Assembly (NCBI GenBank): GCA_951406725.2 | Contig: OX597824.1 | Location: forward strand, 44,082,001-44,146,000 | Direction of reading: 5' to 3' | Source of the DNA: Octopus vulgaris | Lineage: Eukaryota | Length of the DNA: 64,000 bases | In this document: piece after piece, positions 1-14,789 of the stretch | How the letters are laid out: each line of letters opens with the position of its first letter | Position numbering within the stretch: position 1 is the stretch's first letter | Position numbers and translations under genes: made by a program | The notes under the pieces: generated by a model | Told to the model about the DNA's origin: nothing | Seen by the model: the letters and a program-made list of their open reading frames with translations, nothing else | Databases searched by the model: none

Positions 1-899
1 ATTTTAACTTATAATAAACAGGAATAAACACTTGTACAATATCTATCTTGTCATCTACAATGTCCTCTGAACAGGCAATATAAGGTTGGTGTGCTAGGGT
101 GGCTGAATATAATAAGGATGCGAACACGTGCATGCGTTTGTGTGCTTATCTCTGCCATCCTTTGTATGTGAATATGTATCTCTGTATACACGTGTGTGTA
201 TGTGCGTTTGAACATGTCCATGCACATACCCATCATTTTTCCTCTTTCTCCTTCCCTTTTTGCTTATCTTCTTTTCTTTTATCTTTTATTCTCTCTTTTC
301 TACTTTTTCCTCACTTCTCATTTTCATTTCCCTCTCATCCTTTCTCCTTTACTGACCCAAATTAGAGTATTGTAAACCAAACTAATGCCATATGTACTTT
401 TGTTCAACAGTTCACATGTGCTGTCTTATGAGTAAATGCAGTGTGCTTCTTAGCCCAGTTTCTTGAGTAACATGCCACTGGAAGGGCATATGGCTGTAGA
501 AAATTTACATTAATTTCCCCCTGACCAATGCTTGCATGGAAAATAGCATTATATTGATGATGGTGGGATTATTTTATGTATATTTTATGCATTATATTGA
601 TGATGGGATTATTTTATGTATATCATAAATTAATCTTTATGTTTGACTCCCGTCTTATAGCCTGTTACTGGTCACAAACTAAGTGATTTGTAAACACACA
701 TCAATACTCCTTTCACCTCTTGACCCATGTTTGTCTGAAAAAGCTTTTATCCACAAGCTGATTTTTCATTTTTCCTAATTAGATGCTCTCTCTCTTCTTA
801 GAAGATAAAAAATGCATTAGTATTTTTTGATGAACTGTAACTTTAATTTGATAAAATCCAACAATGAAACCATAATGAAAAAAGATATTCATGTATGCA

Positions 900-1832
900 C
901 ATGTGGGCAAATCACTAGCTGGTATTGATGTGCACAACAGCCAATTTGAGAAATAGCCTTTGTATCAATCCTCAAACTTTTAATAGCACAGTCAAGAGGG
1001 GGACTAAAAAATGGCATTGCCAAGTGAAGAGATCTGGGACATCACAGAAACTTTCTAAGAAGAAAAGGAGGAAATTAATAAATACTGACTGGCAATTTTC
1101 TATAAGTATCGCAGACTATACAGACATGTCTCCATATGGTGTAAGAACAGTACTGAAGAGCTAATATGACAAAAAGGTTCAACTAGGCTGAAAAGCTTTG
1201 CAACAAAGATGAGAAGATTTGGACATCAACAGGATCTTCTGACAAGAGCAAATTCCAATTTTCCAATTCAAAGCAGGTAATGTGTGGCATAACAAAACTG
1301 AGGTATGGAAGCTAGATTGTTTGCAAGGACCACCAAACACAAAAATGTGCAAGTAATTGGGGGCGGGGTGTTTGCATGATATGTAGATTATATCTCATTT
1401 TTGTTGGAAATCATTTGAAAGACCAAATACATTGTCAGATACTTGAAAAGAATCTACTATCCATCTCTTCTAATGTTGAAATTGATAAACAAAACAAAAA
1501 TCTTTTTCAAGATGATGATGTTTCATGCTATAGAAACAAATCATCACAAGCTTGGACAGGAACTTGGCATGATCAAATCTTTTAAATGGCAGCTCAAAGC
1601 TTTGATCTTCATCAACAGAACACATTTTGTCAGAAGGTTGTGAGCAGACGAAAGAGCGAATAAACATGAATTAATCAAATCCATGTCTAATTTTGTGAAA
1701 CTAGTCATATTAGCTAAAGAAGAGTCTACAAAAATATCAAGATAAATTTTCATTTATTTCGAACAATTATTCAATACATTATTAAATACTGCATTTTATT
1801 ATATTCATTATATAGTTATTGTAGGCCACTGT
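900..1832 (+). mobile_element. Tc1-like transposon relic
   Basis: FQDDDVSCYR (FQDDNAPCHR-like) and degenerate WPAQSPDLN region; terminus ..GGCCACTGTA. Confidence 0.6.
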
Positions 1833-2389
1833 ATGTGCACGCATGTGCACATGCACACATACACCAAATATCAATGCATATATCGATAGGATAATGTACA
1901 AACATATATGGCTTGCAGAATTTCAGATCATGAGAAGTCATTTTACTAGAATTACCAAATTCATGTGTGAGTGGCTAAGTTATTCACAGACGTACTTTTA
2001 GTGTAATTCTCAGGTGAAACAAGCATGACAAAGTGATAAGGCTAGGACTTTGAATTATAGGTACAATCCATTCAATAGGTTTTTACACAGTTGACATCTA
2101 CTCAATTTCACCGGATATGGGTCAGCCTGTGGTTATAGAAAATGGCACTTGCTCAAGATGCCACGCAAAAGAATTGAAACTAGGACCTCGTGATTGCCAA
2201 GCAAAATCAACCTTTTGGTCATGTTGCACTTTTATATTTATAAACACATACTGGATAGACAGGCTTGTGGCATTCTGGCTCATTGTGTTCTTGATAGCAC
2301 TGCCTACAATGACACTGAAACCAATCTGTGTTGCCAATAGTCTTTGACCTTTCCCTTGAATAAACATTGGTGGTATGGAGAGGGCAAAC

Positions 2390-3495
2390 TTGCATTCATG
2401 AGTATCTGCTAGAAAGACTTCCTCAAAAATATCATGCTCTGGTCTGTACAGATGTGCAAATACATATACATGTAAAAATATTCATCTATCATCATCCTTT
2501 GCACTTCCCTATGATGTCAAGAATATGTATTAAACTCTAACCCTCAGTTCATTTTTCCTTCCACATCTATCATTGGACTTTGCTCCAATAGAGATTCCAT
2601 ACATCACTCTTGCATGCAAATCACACACCCTATTTCTCTTTTAGACAAAAATTTCTTAACCCTCCTCTACAATCCATCTCTGCAGTCCACGCTACACTAT
2701 CTATGCATATATAGACTCCATTCACTAGGTCACTCATCTGTTTCTCACTTGAATTTCAGCAATGGCAACTTCTATCTTGCTCAAAGTTTCTTCCCCTCAT
2801 TCTACCAGATACATCTGCTTCCTCTTCCGCTGTCAGAACCCTTTGACTACATTTCCTCCTATATTGAGAACATACAGTTCACTAAGTCATTGTTCTTGAT
2901 GGCTTCACTGTTCAAAACTCCTTGTAACTCTAGCAAGTCATCCGATACCGGTGATGTTAGTGCAGAAATTGAAGTTTTTACAATTCTCCATATCAATTTG
3001 TTTTATTGTGTAATTGCATTTCAGACTGACATGCAAACATTCCACACACCTGATTGCTTTCTCACTTGAAAACCTAGACTCTTGCTAAATCATAACTGTC
3101 TACACCTATCAGGTGCAAAAACCACTGGCTTCATTACAATGATTGCACATAGAGCCACATTTTAAACTTGTGTCCTGAGATTACCATACTTCAAGTCAGC
3201 CAAATTTCCTTGATCATGTGCAGGTGTTGATTTCCAACAATTTAAGCAGAACATTAATGGAATTAACCTGAGTTTGCACAGAGGGGCCTGTGAGGGTATA
3301 GGCATTGTTCCTTCCTCTATACCCAGTAAGTAACACATAAACACTTAATATGCAGTCTTCATCATCTGTGGACTGGAGACTGCAGCGAGTTCAGCACTTT
3401 CTGACAGCACTGTTCCTTTCACCAAGTAAAGCAAGATTAATACTATAAGGAAATGTTCAGGTTGCATACATTTCCTTCACCATCTATGCAGCCAT
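2390..3495 (-). mobile_element. Highly degenerate RTE-like LINE relic
   Basis: Patchy similarity to the 56337-58237 ORF, many stops. Confidence 0.5.
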
Positions 3496-6372
3496 CACAA
3501 ACTTAGTGCAGGTATAATCACTCCAACTATGCAGTGATTGTTTTGTTTTACTTCAAAGAAATTTTCTTTGCTCCCACTTTGGGTCTTTTTTTCACACAAA
3601 AATACACACACAAATGAGATATATATATACATATATATATGGTGGAGGTGAACAGAAGTAGAGATAGAGAGAACTAAAATCTGCCTGTGAAACTCTTTAA
3701 GGTCAACACTAGGATTCAACTAAACAACCAAAAATCTATGTAAGAAGCTACAATACAAGAATTACTTCTTTCTACAGATTTGAAGAAAAATTCCAATAAA
3801 TTTCAAAAACCAATCTCTAAAGGTTATCATAAAGCAAGATTGCATAATTAGCATATTGAACATTAACTAAACTGTTATACATTAAATATAGTTAGATGAA
3901 AGTTCCCAAAATAGAAACATTTTTACAAGTATTGGTTTGGACTACCTCTAGAATCCAGAATATGAAGAAATTTAAAGCAGCAGTTTATTTACTTCTCAAA
4001 TGCTTTACATATTACATTCTAAAAACATTAAATTTGTTAGAATAGACAAATCTATAGTTTTAAAAATGTTTCAATTTTCCTTTTTTTTTTAATACATGAA
4101 ATCAATTGATTATTACTATTTAAAAAGATGTATAAGGAGGGAAGAACCACAATAAAACTGCAATTCTAATAATTTAAGGGGATAAATGTGTAGAATTGAA
4201 AAAAAAAATCACTGTGATTCAATATTCACATGTGATTAATTGCTATCAATGGCTTTCTCAATTTGGTAACTTACCCCAAAGTTACCAATTTAAAGAAACC
4301 TGAAATCAAATAGCTGCAAGTAAAATTACTTAAAGCCTTATAACTGATAAACAACAGGTAAGCTTAAGACATTGGTGTTAAGACAGAAAGATGCCATGCT
4401 TTAATTATTAAAATAATCTTGGGTGATTTAGCAAACTAACAGAAAAGAATTTTGTTCTTAGGAAAAATATTTGTAATATAAAAAAATGTTAGAAATTTAT
4501 TTAATGTTTTACAATTATAGAGTTTATAACATTTACACTGTTAAAATAAGACTTATGTTGACATGAAAGAATAGTGTTTTTAATTTTTTCCCCTTTTTTC
4601 ATTGAAGAGGTCTAAAATTCTAACAAGACCATTCCATAAATAGCTCACATTTTATACTACATTAATCTTTAAACAAATCAGCTAATGTTGATTTTAAAAC
4701 TTGATATAAAAAGAAAGGGTTTTGTCACTAACATCTAAGATAATTTCAATGGAATGCTAAACAGACTTTGTAAGGAGTGAAGAATAAGGTAATATTAAAG
4801 TGGTGCATCTATTTTGACACCCTAGCCCCAATGAAACAAAATCAACAGACACACTGAAAAAAAATTTTTTAAATATGAGGAATAAATTGAAATAGAATCC
4901 AATAAATCAGCAAATTGAAATTATTGAAATTAGGGTCAAATACAATCAGGAAGATGTATTATAAAAAAGTCTAAAAAAACAAATGTTAAAGCGCAAATTG
5001 AATCTTCTACATATTTCTTTCAAATAATTTCCTATTTGTATGAATGGTAAACAATTGTTTTGTAGCTAACTGACAACTAAAAGATATGAAGAATGCATTT
5101 AAATAATAAAGCTTTTGCAAGTAAAATAATTATATAAAATTATTTTGATAGTTCAAAGCTAAAACATTAGCTAAGAATATAAGAAATAATCTGAGTCACA
5201 TAGAAACTTTAACCAATGTATTAAAAACAAAAACACAGAAAACATGAAACAAATTGCAGTAGCTGAAATAAAAGTGGGTATTCAGAAATACATAAGCAAA
5301 TAAACAGCAACCCTCAGATGATTAACAACAAAGACATGTACAACATGGTTCCTTAGTACACATGCACAAACTCATTACCAACATATCTTTCATAACAAAA
5401 AAATTTGGAGTGATTTAAGTAAATGGAAATCCATAAAAGAAACCCATTCTAAAGCATAACTAATATATACAATTCCTAATAGAAATTTCAGTGGTTACAG
5501 TACTTCCAAAAATAAATTTAAGCCTATCCCTTAGGTTCAATTTACATAACAGGAATTAAACTTTGTTTAAGTCTCAAACAAATACAGGTCTCCAATTCTT
5601 TTATTAAAGCTAATATTTTAATACGAAAAATTCTCTATCATTAAACCTAATTCAAAGTGTGAGATATAAAGATCAAACAACGATAAGCAATATTTTAATG
5701 ATACTACACATACACATATATACACACACATACTCTCCCATATATGTGTATATATATCTATGTACACTCGTGTAGATATATGTATACAAACACAGACAAA
5801 TGTAGTGTGTAAAGAGAGAAGGCAGTATTGGTATAGATAGGTTATGCATGTAGATGAGGTCAACTCTTTGAAGAAGTGCTGATGACTTACAATGATATAT
5901 AACTTACAGAAGAGGGAGAGCCAAGAAGATATGGGATAAAGTAGCAAAGACTGATCTCAAGATGTTGCACCACACAGAATAACTGACTAAGATGACAGGA
6001 GACACAGTTCGCGAGAACTGATGTTACACATTTAGATAAAGGGCTTTAGATACGAAATAACATACATAAATGCATATACATGTGGTGAATGCTGAACCCT
6101 ACAAAAGAAATGATGGAGGATTCCAAAATTAACAACATGCTGTCCAAGAAATGAAAACCTAACCACTCTGGGAGAAGAGTAGAGACAAGACCAACAAGGC
6201 AAGATTTAATGGCTGCAAAATTGTAGCTGCCTCCTCTCATTTGCTCACTATTCTCCTGCCCCATTGCCATCATATTAAGAATTATTTCTTTATCCATTTG
6301 CTCCCCATGCTCTCAGCTCTCCTGCTCAAGCCCACTCATAATGACACACATATACATGTATATATACACACA

Positions 6373-6976
6373 GAGGCCTACACAAAATTACAGAAAGTGT
6401 ATGGAAAGTAGTGTGTGAGTGGTTCAGACATTTCCAAGATGGCCAAAAAAATGTTGATATTGACAAATGTTCTGAGAGACCTGCAACCAGCAGAACTGAG
6501 TAAAACATTGCAGATGTGTATGCAGCTGTGAGGAGAAATCATTGAATCACCATCCATGAGTTATCAGAGGATGTGCAGATTTGGGTGTGAGATGTGTGTC
6601 TGCCAATTTTGTGCCAAAACTGCTTTTAGCTGACCAAAAAGACACTCGAGTTTCAATTGTACAAGATCTTGATTGTGTTGTGAAAGATGAAAACTTTTTG
6701 AAAACTTTGCATAGGCCTCTGAGCAGGTATCGCCAAGCTTTTGGCAAATTTGATGCAGATTCTCTGCTCAACTTTCACTGTCATGGTCAATGTGATGATC
6801 ACATGCTACACATCATCTTTCCAAGCACTGCTGTAAACAACAGAAGTGATCTAGAACATTTAAATTTAGTGCACATGCCCAGCAGAGTTCATAATCAATT
6901 TGTGCCAAGCGGCTTCACTCTGCATGCTTTAACTCCGTTACTATGGCAATAGTCCGGATACCTATTTATCAGACCA
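6373..6976 (+). mobile_element. mariner-like relic
   Basis: CEWFRHFQDG helix-turn-helix segment and VSANFVPKLL (WVPHEL-like) motif. Confidence 0.6.
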
Positions 6977-7702
6977 CATATATACACATTTAAATATGCA
7001 TACATACAAAGGTGTGTGGTACCACTATTTCAATTTCCCTAGCACCACACCAATGGCTCTGTAAAGTACAGAAGGTTTCTCTACCATATTCTGTGTGCAA
7101 GTGTATTAATGCTTGTTTTTATGCTGAGTACAAATTTATTATCCTTTAATAAACCGTAATGACTTCAAAGTTTTGGCTGACTAAGCCATCATTGGGTTGT
7201 CCTTTTTCTCTCTCTCTCTCACACATACATAATGCTTCTTCACACATACACCATTAACATTCCAGGTGGTGACAATTTCAAAAGCAGCTATGTCCTACCA
7301 CTTAAAGTACTCAAAGTCTATGATAATGAATTATACATACACACACACATATACATACACACATAAAGTAGAATCAAGAAAAAGAGTAGAGTGAACTTGC
7401 TATGTGGGTTAGAAAACCCAACATTTCAGACAGTCTTTCTTCAGGGAAAAATTGACAAGAGAAACAGCAAAATTTTACATCCTCAAGTTAAAAACAAACT
7501 GACTGTAGCTTAGAGGATGTTAAACTCTACAATCCCTCAATCTTCTCACTTGTCAACTTTTACCTGAAGAAAGACTGCCCATAACACTGGATTTTCTACT
7601 CACCAAGGCAAGTTGTCTGAACTATTTTTTTTTGATTTTACTAAATACTAAAATCTTTGCCAACACAGACCAACACCATCTCTTTAGAATCTGTTTGACA
7701 AT

Positions 7703-7755
<53 letters not shown>

Positions 7756-8778
7756 CGCACATATGCATATACACACACATATAGTAAGAGAAATTGCTAA
7801 CAAGATATTTTTTGTCTATTTGGATTAAAACTGCCACTGTTTTGTGGTGTATATCACTATTTATAGTTCCCCATTTTGGTATGTTGTCCGTTATTGAAGT
7901 TATCCCCATTTGATGCTCTATTGTTTTTAAAGTTCTTTTACCCTCGGGTATAAGAGTTTATCTGATTTGAATTGTTTCTTTTGTTATTTTATTTAATGTT
8001 CAGGTGTTGTAGGGTCTTTTATTTAATAGGATCTAGAAGTCTTTATCTTTTATCTGGCTGTTAGTAACAGTACATCAATATTTCAGTGGCATTCGATACA
8101 TTGGGTTAGATATTAGCTAGTTAGTAAATTATAGTAGACATGACATATATACACCAACACACACAACATGCAACATTGAGCTATGTGAGGAACTAGAATA
8201 TGTCAATTTAATTCCTGTAACCCTGGGGGACTGTCCTTAAAATTTGTTAACAGTAATAGAAAAAAGATAATGACACTAGAAACCAAAGTTGCTTGAGGTT
8301 AAGTGGTATATCTGATGGAATGGGGGGAATGCATGAAATGAAAATATCTTTCTTGGCACAAACAGTCATTATGTTGGCTCAATCATATGGGAACATAAGA
8401 ATTTTGACAGCTAGTCTTGTACCAGAACTGAAAATCTTAGTTGAATAGTTAGCAGCACCCTGTCAAGTAAGTGTGAAATTACTTTTATCATCTGGACTAG
8501 GCTTATACCTGTTGAATAATGGCGGCCTAATATCCTACACAATCTTTTTTTATTTTTATTTTAAGGCATGTTTTCTATATGGTATGATTTAATTATATCA
8601 TTGTTGAATCGCTACATGGTGGTTCTTCACTAATTTATATACATACATTATATGTGGGTGTGTGTGTATGGTGTAGCCTTCCAGTGTGTTATCCCAGTCA
8701 AACTGTCCAACCCATGCCAGCATGGACTATGGATGTTAAATGATGATCACGTGTGTGTATAAAAATATGTATTAGTAA

Positions 8779-8811
<33 letters not shown>

Positions 8812-8854
8812 TATACATATTTTTATACACACACACACAAACATACACACATAA

Positions 8855-10247
8855 TGATCATCATTTAATATCCATAGTCCATGCTGGCATGGGTTGGACA
8901 GTTTGACTGGGCTAGCACGCAGGAAGGCTACACCAGACTCCAGTTGGATTTGGCATGGTTTTCTACAGCTGGATACTTTTCCTAATATCAACCACTCCAA
9001 GAGTGTAATGGGTGCATTTACATGCCAATTTCCGTGACACTGGCATCTGCCACGACTGCGATTTTGCTCAACTTGATGGGTCTTCCTCTGAAGCATGACG
9101 TAAGGACAAAGGTCTTGGTCATTGCCTCTATCAGGCTCTTCAAATACTCTGAAGAACTCTGCACGTTGCCTCCATGAGGCCCAATGCTTGAAAGGAACTC
9201 AGCCACTTTGCCTCTGTGAGATACAATGTTCAAAAGATGTTCTTTATGTGTCACCAGTACGAGTGCACTTGGCTTGATGGATCCTATCAAGCACGGTATA
9301 TCACCAAAGGTCTCAGTTACCAGGCATCGCCTCTGTGAGGCTCAAAGTTCAAAGATCATGCTTCACCACCTCGTTCCATGTCTTCCTGGGTCTACTTCTA
9401 CTACAGGTTCCCTCCACAGTTAAAGATTAGCACTTTTCTACACAGCTATCCTCATCCATATGCATCACATGACCATACCAGTGCAGTCGTCTCTTGCACA
9501 CCACATATGATTCCTCTTATGTCTAACTTTTCTGTCAAGATGCTCAATCTTTCTCTCAATATACACACAGATCATTGCACATCCAGCAAAACATTCTGGC
9601 TTCATTTCTTTCAAGCCTACGCATATCCTCAGCTGTCATAGCCCATATTTCACTGCCATGCAGCATAGCTGTTCACACACAGACTGATGAGAATGAAATC
9701 AATCTGGCTAGCAGAGTTACCAAATTGATAGGTTATCAGGTAGCTGGCTGGCTTCCTGAAGTTGGTGTTGCAGATTAAAAGGTTATTTGCATCACAGAAC
9801 TCCAGTAGCTTTGTTCCCTCTTTGTTTCAGGGACCAATTCCATAGCCTCCATGACCACAATGGAAGATACCAGGCTGCTGTCCAACATGCCCAGCCATGA
9901 AGATGAGATCATTGTCACTCATCTTTGAGGCAGCCTGCAGAAGAAAATCATGAAAGTGGTCCTTCCGTTCATTTGGTAGGTTCGCTCATGGGGCATACGC
10001 AGATTTAATTGTAGCTATATTATTCTGCAAGACTAACCTGAGCTTAAGTACTCTATCACATACTCTGACTATCTCTATGACCTTATCCACCCATTTCTCT
10101 GCAAGAAGTATGCCCACACCACCTATTCTGTCACTGTTACCTTCCCAGAAGATTTTATACCCATGTGTCTTGCCTGTGAGGAACTTGGCTGAAGCTCCTC
10201 TCCACCTTACCTCTTGGATGCAACATACATCAACACACCTCTGTTCA
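8855..10247 (-). mobile_element. Internally deleted RTE LINE (APE endonuclease joined to ORF2 C-terminus and 3' UTR)
   Basis: VDVCCIQEVRWRG..GGVGILLAEKW at about 10090-10245; C-terminal region similar to 56340-56700 at about 9340-9680; (ATG)n tail at about 8855. Confidence 0.8.
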
Positions 10248-13200
10248 ATGCAATAATATATACATATACACTATTAACATATACTAATATAAATACACAC
10301 AAAGAGTAAATGGCATTTGTCAGTCTTGCAAACTAGAGAAACAGCTAGTGAAGGTCGAATCTGATGAAGAGCACCTCTTGAAATAACTGAAATCCATTCC
10401 TTTCATTAGCAACGTTAGCCACAGATCTGGCACTTAAAGACTAGTGTCTACATGCAGGGGTAGGGGGGTAGATAGACAGATAGGTGGGATAAAAAAAAGA
10501 GAGGGGTGAAGTTTACTATGACAGTAAAATTTTCTAAGCATGTGTTCTTATGATTAAAAAAAACTTATCTACTTATAAAATGAATTTTCATTTCAAAATT
10601 TTCATAAGCATTATCCAATAAAGCAGTCAACCTTTGTATTTAAATACAAATACTAATAATTATTAAACTAAGGCAGTTAAATTTAGTACTCATATTATAT
10701 ATTTAATACTACGTAACATCATTTGAGTAGACTTGTTCTGTTAAAATGATGAATGAATATAAAATTCATCAAAATAATATATACTGAACATAATCAAGAG
10801 GTTTAATACATTGTACCTCTATTAGAACTAAGTGTGTATATTTCCAAACCAAACAGAATTCTTTCTTCCAAACTAATAAGAAATAAAGAAATTGATTTTG
10901 CAGGAATATATAGAATACAAGCTAGTGAAATGTTTAGAATTATATTTATACAAAGCTAAATTCAACAACAAATCTTTTTTATAACACCCACAGATGTGAC
11001 AGAAATTGATAACTTTCACCTATATTCCTTTGTCAGATTAATTCACTCAAGGAAAATGAACCTTTTCTTTATATTTTAAAGAAAGAAGGAAAAACAAGGT
11101 AACAAAATGAAATGGAAGCATTGAGACAACAACAGTTTAACTTCAATGAAAATGTCTGAGGAAAAATTACCTAATACTTAAAACTTTTGATTGAGAAAAA
11201 TGACTTGGGGGTTCTAAACTAAATTTTTACAAGTGTTTTGACAATATGTGGCTTCAACATGGTCACAGGCAACTGGTTAGAACAAGAAAAAAGGCAAATT
11301 CTTTGGGAAGAGAATTGAAGGAATGACTTTGAAAAAATATTTGATAAACTTCATATTCACTTTCTACTTCATTTATATTGTTATACAATTGTAATAATTG
11401 GTTTAGAACTAACCCGGTTGGAGGAAATAAATGTGGAAATCAACTAATTGCATGCACTAATAAGACAAGAACTAATGAAGTTGATACACTCACACAAACA
11501 TCTGTCTCTTATAGCATTACATACAAAAGAGCTGCTGTATAACTACTAACCTGAAATGATATACAGAAATAACAGCACCTTGCATCAACTAGCTAATATT
11601 ACAATCTACTCAGGTATCAGTTAGATCCAATACTTTGTGAAATATCTTCTCTAAAAAAAAATGTGAAGATCAATACACAACTTACAACTACTGTACAAAA
11701 TATTGAGAAAGTACTGCAAGAACCAGTGGCAACTTAAAAAATTAACATATGAAAATATCACTAAGATTTGCCAATAATTCAAATCGATCAATATAGTTTG
11801 AGGCAAAAAGATTTACACTATCCAGAATGCTCATATGTTGAGATGTGACTACAAATGCCAAAAAGAGAGCATCTGTGGACAATAAACACATGCATTTCTG
11901 CCCATAATAGTTTTATAAACATCTTTCAATACACTGCATTTTCCCATGCTAGCATGCAAGGTAGTTTTTAAGTCCAAATGCACACTGTTAGAGATAGTGT
12001 TTTGTGCAACGATGACCTAGCTGCCTTTAACCAATCATTCAACTATAATATAGAAGTGAAAGTTGTAGTCAAGCACACTGTTATGTCATCCAATACTGAT
12101 GACAATTATCTAGCAAAATCAAATCTTATTATTCAACAGAGGAAAATATTTAATTTAATATTAATTAATGTCGCCTTTTGGAATGAACTGTACTTTATAG
12201 GTACACAAAGAATAATAAATACCTCCACCCAAATGTGATTAAAAGAAAATCTACCCAATATCCGACTATTTTTCAGAAAGTATTTAGCAAGTTAAGAGAA
12301 ACTAATAATTATAAATTTGCAACATCTACAGTATATTGCCATTTAAAAAAAAAATATCTTCAAATTGTAGGAAAATATAAATAATTGTTAATGATATGTG
12401 TATAGAATAATGTGCGCAAATGAATATTGTGACAATGTGCATAGCCATATATGTAAACCTATTACTATGCTACTAAACAAATAGCTTTCCACCCCACCCC
12501 CTTCAATATAGAAACATTTAAGAAAGTAAACTGTGGAAGTGACATGATAACATAAACCAACAAAACCACCAGCAGAAACATTCAACAGAATCCTAAAATA
12601 CAAAATACAAACAGCATCCATATAAATGTTAAAAATATTTGATCCCAAATTTAGAAAGAGAAAAGCAAATAATCCATAATTAACAAAAAAAAAAAAATTA
12701 GAAATAAACTGTCAAGAGCTACTTGTTGAATATATTTGTGTTAACTACAACAAAAGTGCATGCAGGTAGATACATATAAGGGTTACTTCTTTTTTTTTTT
12801 TTTATTCATTATAATTTTGAATTTGGTTAATATAAAGCTAATTAAGTATGGCACACCAAAATTATCATAGTATGGTCAATATTCTTTAGTGTTTATTCCT
12901 GATTATTGACTTTTTCTTCTCCTTTTTATTCTTTATGGTTTACATGAAAAGTTTCATTAATTGAACTTCTTACATATGTAAAAAAAAGTTGAGTATTTTT
13001 AATTTACCTTTTTAATGATTGAATTCTCATTATACACTAATTGTTTAACTGAGTATGTTGAATAAATGAATACGTAAAATGAACAGTGCACTTTTCCAAA
13101 ACACTAGGGACTGTCTTTGGATATAGGTTACAGGTAACTTAGTCACTATAATTGAACCTTATAAAACATTTTTATAAACCCTTTCTTTTTTTAGCACTAG

Positions 13201-13811
13201 TTCATAAAATATATTCATTATCAAAGAAATAAGTGTCCTGAGAGAAATTAGAGTTTCCAAATTTAAGTCTTTTAACCACCACGTTTATTATAAAGTATAT
13301 ATCTTTTACACCGTTTCAATTAAATTTCAGAATTTGCTAAGAATGCTTTTAAGTAATATGAGTTATAGTTTTTAAAAAGAACAAATTAGCAAATGAGAAA
13401 AGGTGTATAAATAATTTACATCCAGCAAAGAGATTACTCAAAACACTGAACAAGACAACAGCCATCCATGGAAAGACAAAATAAAGACATACAGATGAAA
13501 AAGTGATGCAAATTAGAGAAATGGAAGAGGTAAGTGAATGCATAGCATGCAAGTGATATTAGGAATTGGATTAAATAAAGAGTGATTGTTTATTTATTAA
13601 CCACATTACTTGCATCTAAAAAGCAATGTGTTTAAGAAACTTAAATGCCAAAGAAGCTTTTGAAATTTTTTTTATAAAGCAGTAGCAGAAAAATATGCTA
13701 TTTGTACCAGGGAATCTTCATAATTATGTTATTAGGATCTTAGTAAAAATGTACATCAGCTCAAAGAGGGGTAAACAAATAAGTGAAATAATAGTTGAAA
13801 TACCCATTTCC

Positions 13812-13856
<45 letters not shown>

Positions 13857-14789
13857 GCAACAAACATTATGTACATGCACACCTATATACAACAAAGCAT
13901 GTGCATCATATATTAAATGAATTCTCTGAAGCTAAACTTAAATCTCAAATGTAAATAAACAAAATTCTATGAAGTATTCACAACCCAATCTTTGAATCTT
14001 CAAAATCAGTTGGCTAATATTATGGGTAAATTCAGGAGCATTCTTTCAATGAAATCAAATCAGGATTTTCAAATCCTATTGACATTTAATTATTTTGCGC
14101 ACCTCTGGAACAAGAGGAAAGAAAGGGTAAAACCATAAGTGTGGGTTATTTTCAGACTAAATACCAAGCTAAAATAACTGCAACAGAGTGAACTCTGTTA
14201 CAAGCACCTGAGAGTCAAGTAATGATGTTAAATCTACCACTCAACAGACAGTTTCTCAGTTGAGCTTCCACACACTTTTTATCTACCTAGTTTCCCTTAT
14301 AAGGCTCGGGTGAACTTGAAGCAACAGTAGAAACTGCATAGTAGGATTGAATACTGAATCAGGTGATTGTGATATAAATTTTCTAATCACATGGTCTGCT
14401 AATGAAATGTTAAACATTACTGATAAGTAATAACCTCTTACTCTATTGGAGAAATCTTGTTAGCTATTTCTATTTCAATGATTCATAAAAGCTCTATAAA
14501 AAGTTATTTATTTTTCCAATTTAAAAGGCAACTAGAGACTGATTTCAAAGTACATCTAACAATTCTTTAAAATTACATTAAATGTTTAATTATTAAAAAC
14601 CTGCACATCTACTTGAAGCTAAAAGTAAACTGGGCATAATCTCAATTATGGCGAACACACAGTTTCTCTCTACACCCCTCTTTGAATATAGAGCTGAACT
14701 ATTATTGAGAGGTAGCAAGCATGCTAGAAAAATCAATAAGATCTTCCCTGTTACAAATATTTGATAAACGTTGCATAACGTTGATTTAC

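Noticed and set aside
14030-14090. Weak complementarity to the inter-exon intron (CAGGATT..AAATCCT)
   Set aside because: Blocks of 7 nt or less and self-complementary; not distinguishable from chance.
1-14700. UBA-domain exon or a third copy of the alternative exon
   Set aside because: No MGY..ATYLLL-like or WxNxG..ELKPY coding segment found by eye; probably outside the window, though I may have missed it.
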